DNA of 64,000 nucleotides from a virus: IMG/VR virus record IMGVR_UViG_3300042868_012479, positions 1 to 64,000 of that record; one strand, 5' to 3'. Shown piece by piece: positions 63,665 to 64,000 of this stretch (position 1 is its first letter; each line of letters starts with the position of its first letter). The notes under the pieces were generated by a model. It saw only the letters and a program-made list of their open reading frames with translations, ran no database searches and was not told where the DNA came from. The position numbers and the translations under genes were made by a program.

Positions 63665-64000
63665 ATGGACATTGAACACGATAAGCATTACTGGGAAAAT
63701 AGCAACCCGAATCCGGAGGCGTGCGTCCTGTGCGCAGAAATCCGTGAGCGCGGCCGAGAGGTCCGCGAGTTGGCGTCTGCTTTGATTCGCCTCCAAAAGA
63801 CAATTGCTCCAGTCCTTGAGGAGTATCAAAAAAATAAGCGGTCGCATCCAAAGTGTGCGTCTTGCGGCATTATGTCTGGCCCACACCATTGGGTCATAGG
63901 CCTTACGCCAGAGCCGATGGTCCCCCGCGCTAAGGGGCAAAAACGTTATTCGGTCTGCAAGTGGTGCTATACTGATCTAAAGACATCGCGGCGAAGCGTT
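63665..64000 (+). CDS. Zn-finger protein, runs off the window edge; probably leaderless
   Basis: TATGAT-N6-ATG; MDIEHDKHYW...CVLC...CASC...CKWC, open to the end. Confidence 0.7.
   Translation, partial: MDIEHDKHYWENSNPNPEACVLCAEIRERGREVRELASALIRLQKTIAPVLEEYQKNKRSHPKCASCGIMSGPHHWVIGLTPEPMVPRAKGQKRYSVCKWCYTDLKTSRRSV

Larger units (their letters stand above)
1..64000. mobile_element. Tailed dsDNA phage genome segment (siphovirus-like)
   Basis: TerL, prohead protease, capsid, tail tubes, frameshifted chaperone, tape measure and lysis genes; dense small ORFs; no host core genes. Confidence 0.97.

Noticed and set aside
1-64000. Prophage boundaries, integrase or att sites
   Set aside because: No integrase, host genes or flanking direct repeats seen; lifestyle cannot be determined from this window

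Overview
The whole window is part of a large tailed phage genome with siphovirus-type architecture. No host housekeeping genes are present. Coordinates 1-16 kb hold dozens of tiny early genes transcribed away from a non-coding gap at about 6.33-6.92 kb, many behind a repeated module of sigma70 promoter, 5' hairpin and GTAGTAGGAGG ribosome-binding site. Coordinates 17-24.8 kb hold three glycosyltransferase-like genes, an NAD-dependent epimerase, a DUF1599/Nmad1-like protein and a secreted subtilase. These are followed by TerL/TerS and a plus-strand fibre/membrane block (27.3-33.0 kb). The minus-strand morphogenesis operon comprises prohead protease/scaffold, major capsid, head-tail genes, two paralogous tail tubes, a -1 frameshifted tail chaperone, a 3824-aa tape measure, two large tail proteins, a C39-like lysin and a holin. 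The most notable items are: (1) a tape measure carrying polyvalent-protein-type cargo (ddrB-like ParB domain, two HExxH metallopeptidase motifs, cassettes between duplicated C-terminal motifs); (2) a 72-nt alanine-identity tRNA/tmRNA-like RNA with its own promoter but no D or anticodon arm; (3) two structured 5' leaders with anti-Shine-Dalgarno switch geometry; (4) a symmetric bidirectional -10 element driving two leaderless genes, one of them terS. All family calls come from motif recognition by eye; no searches were run.
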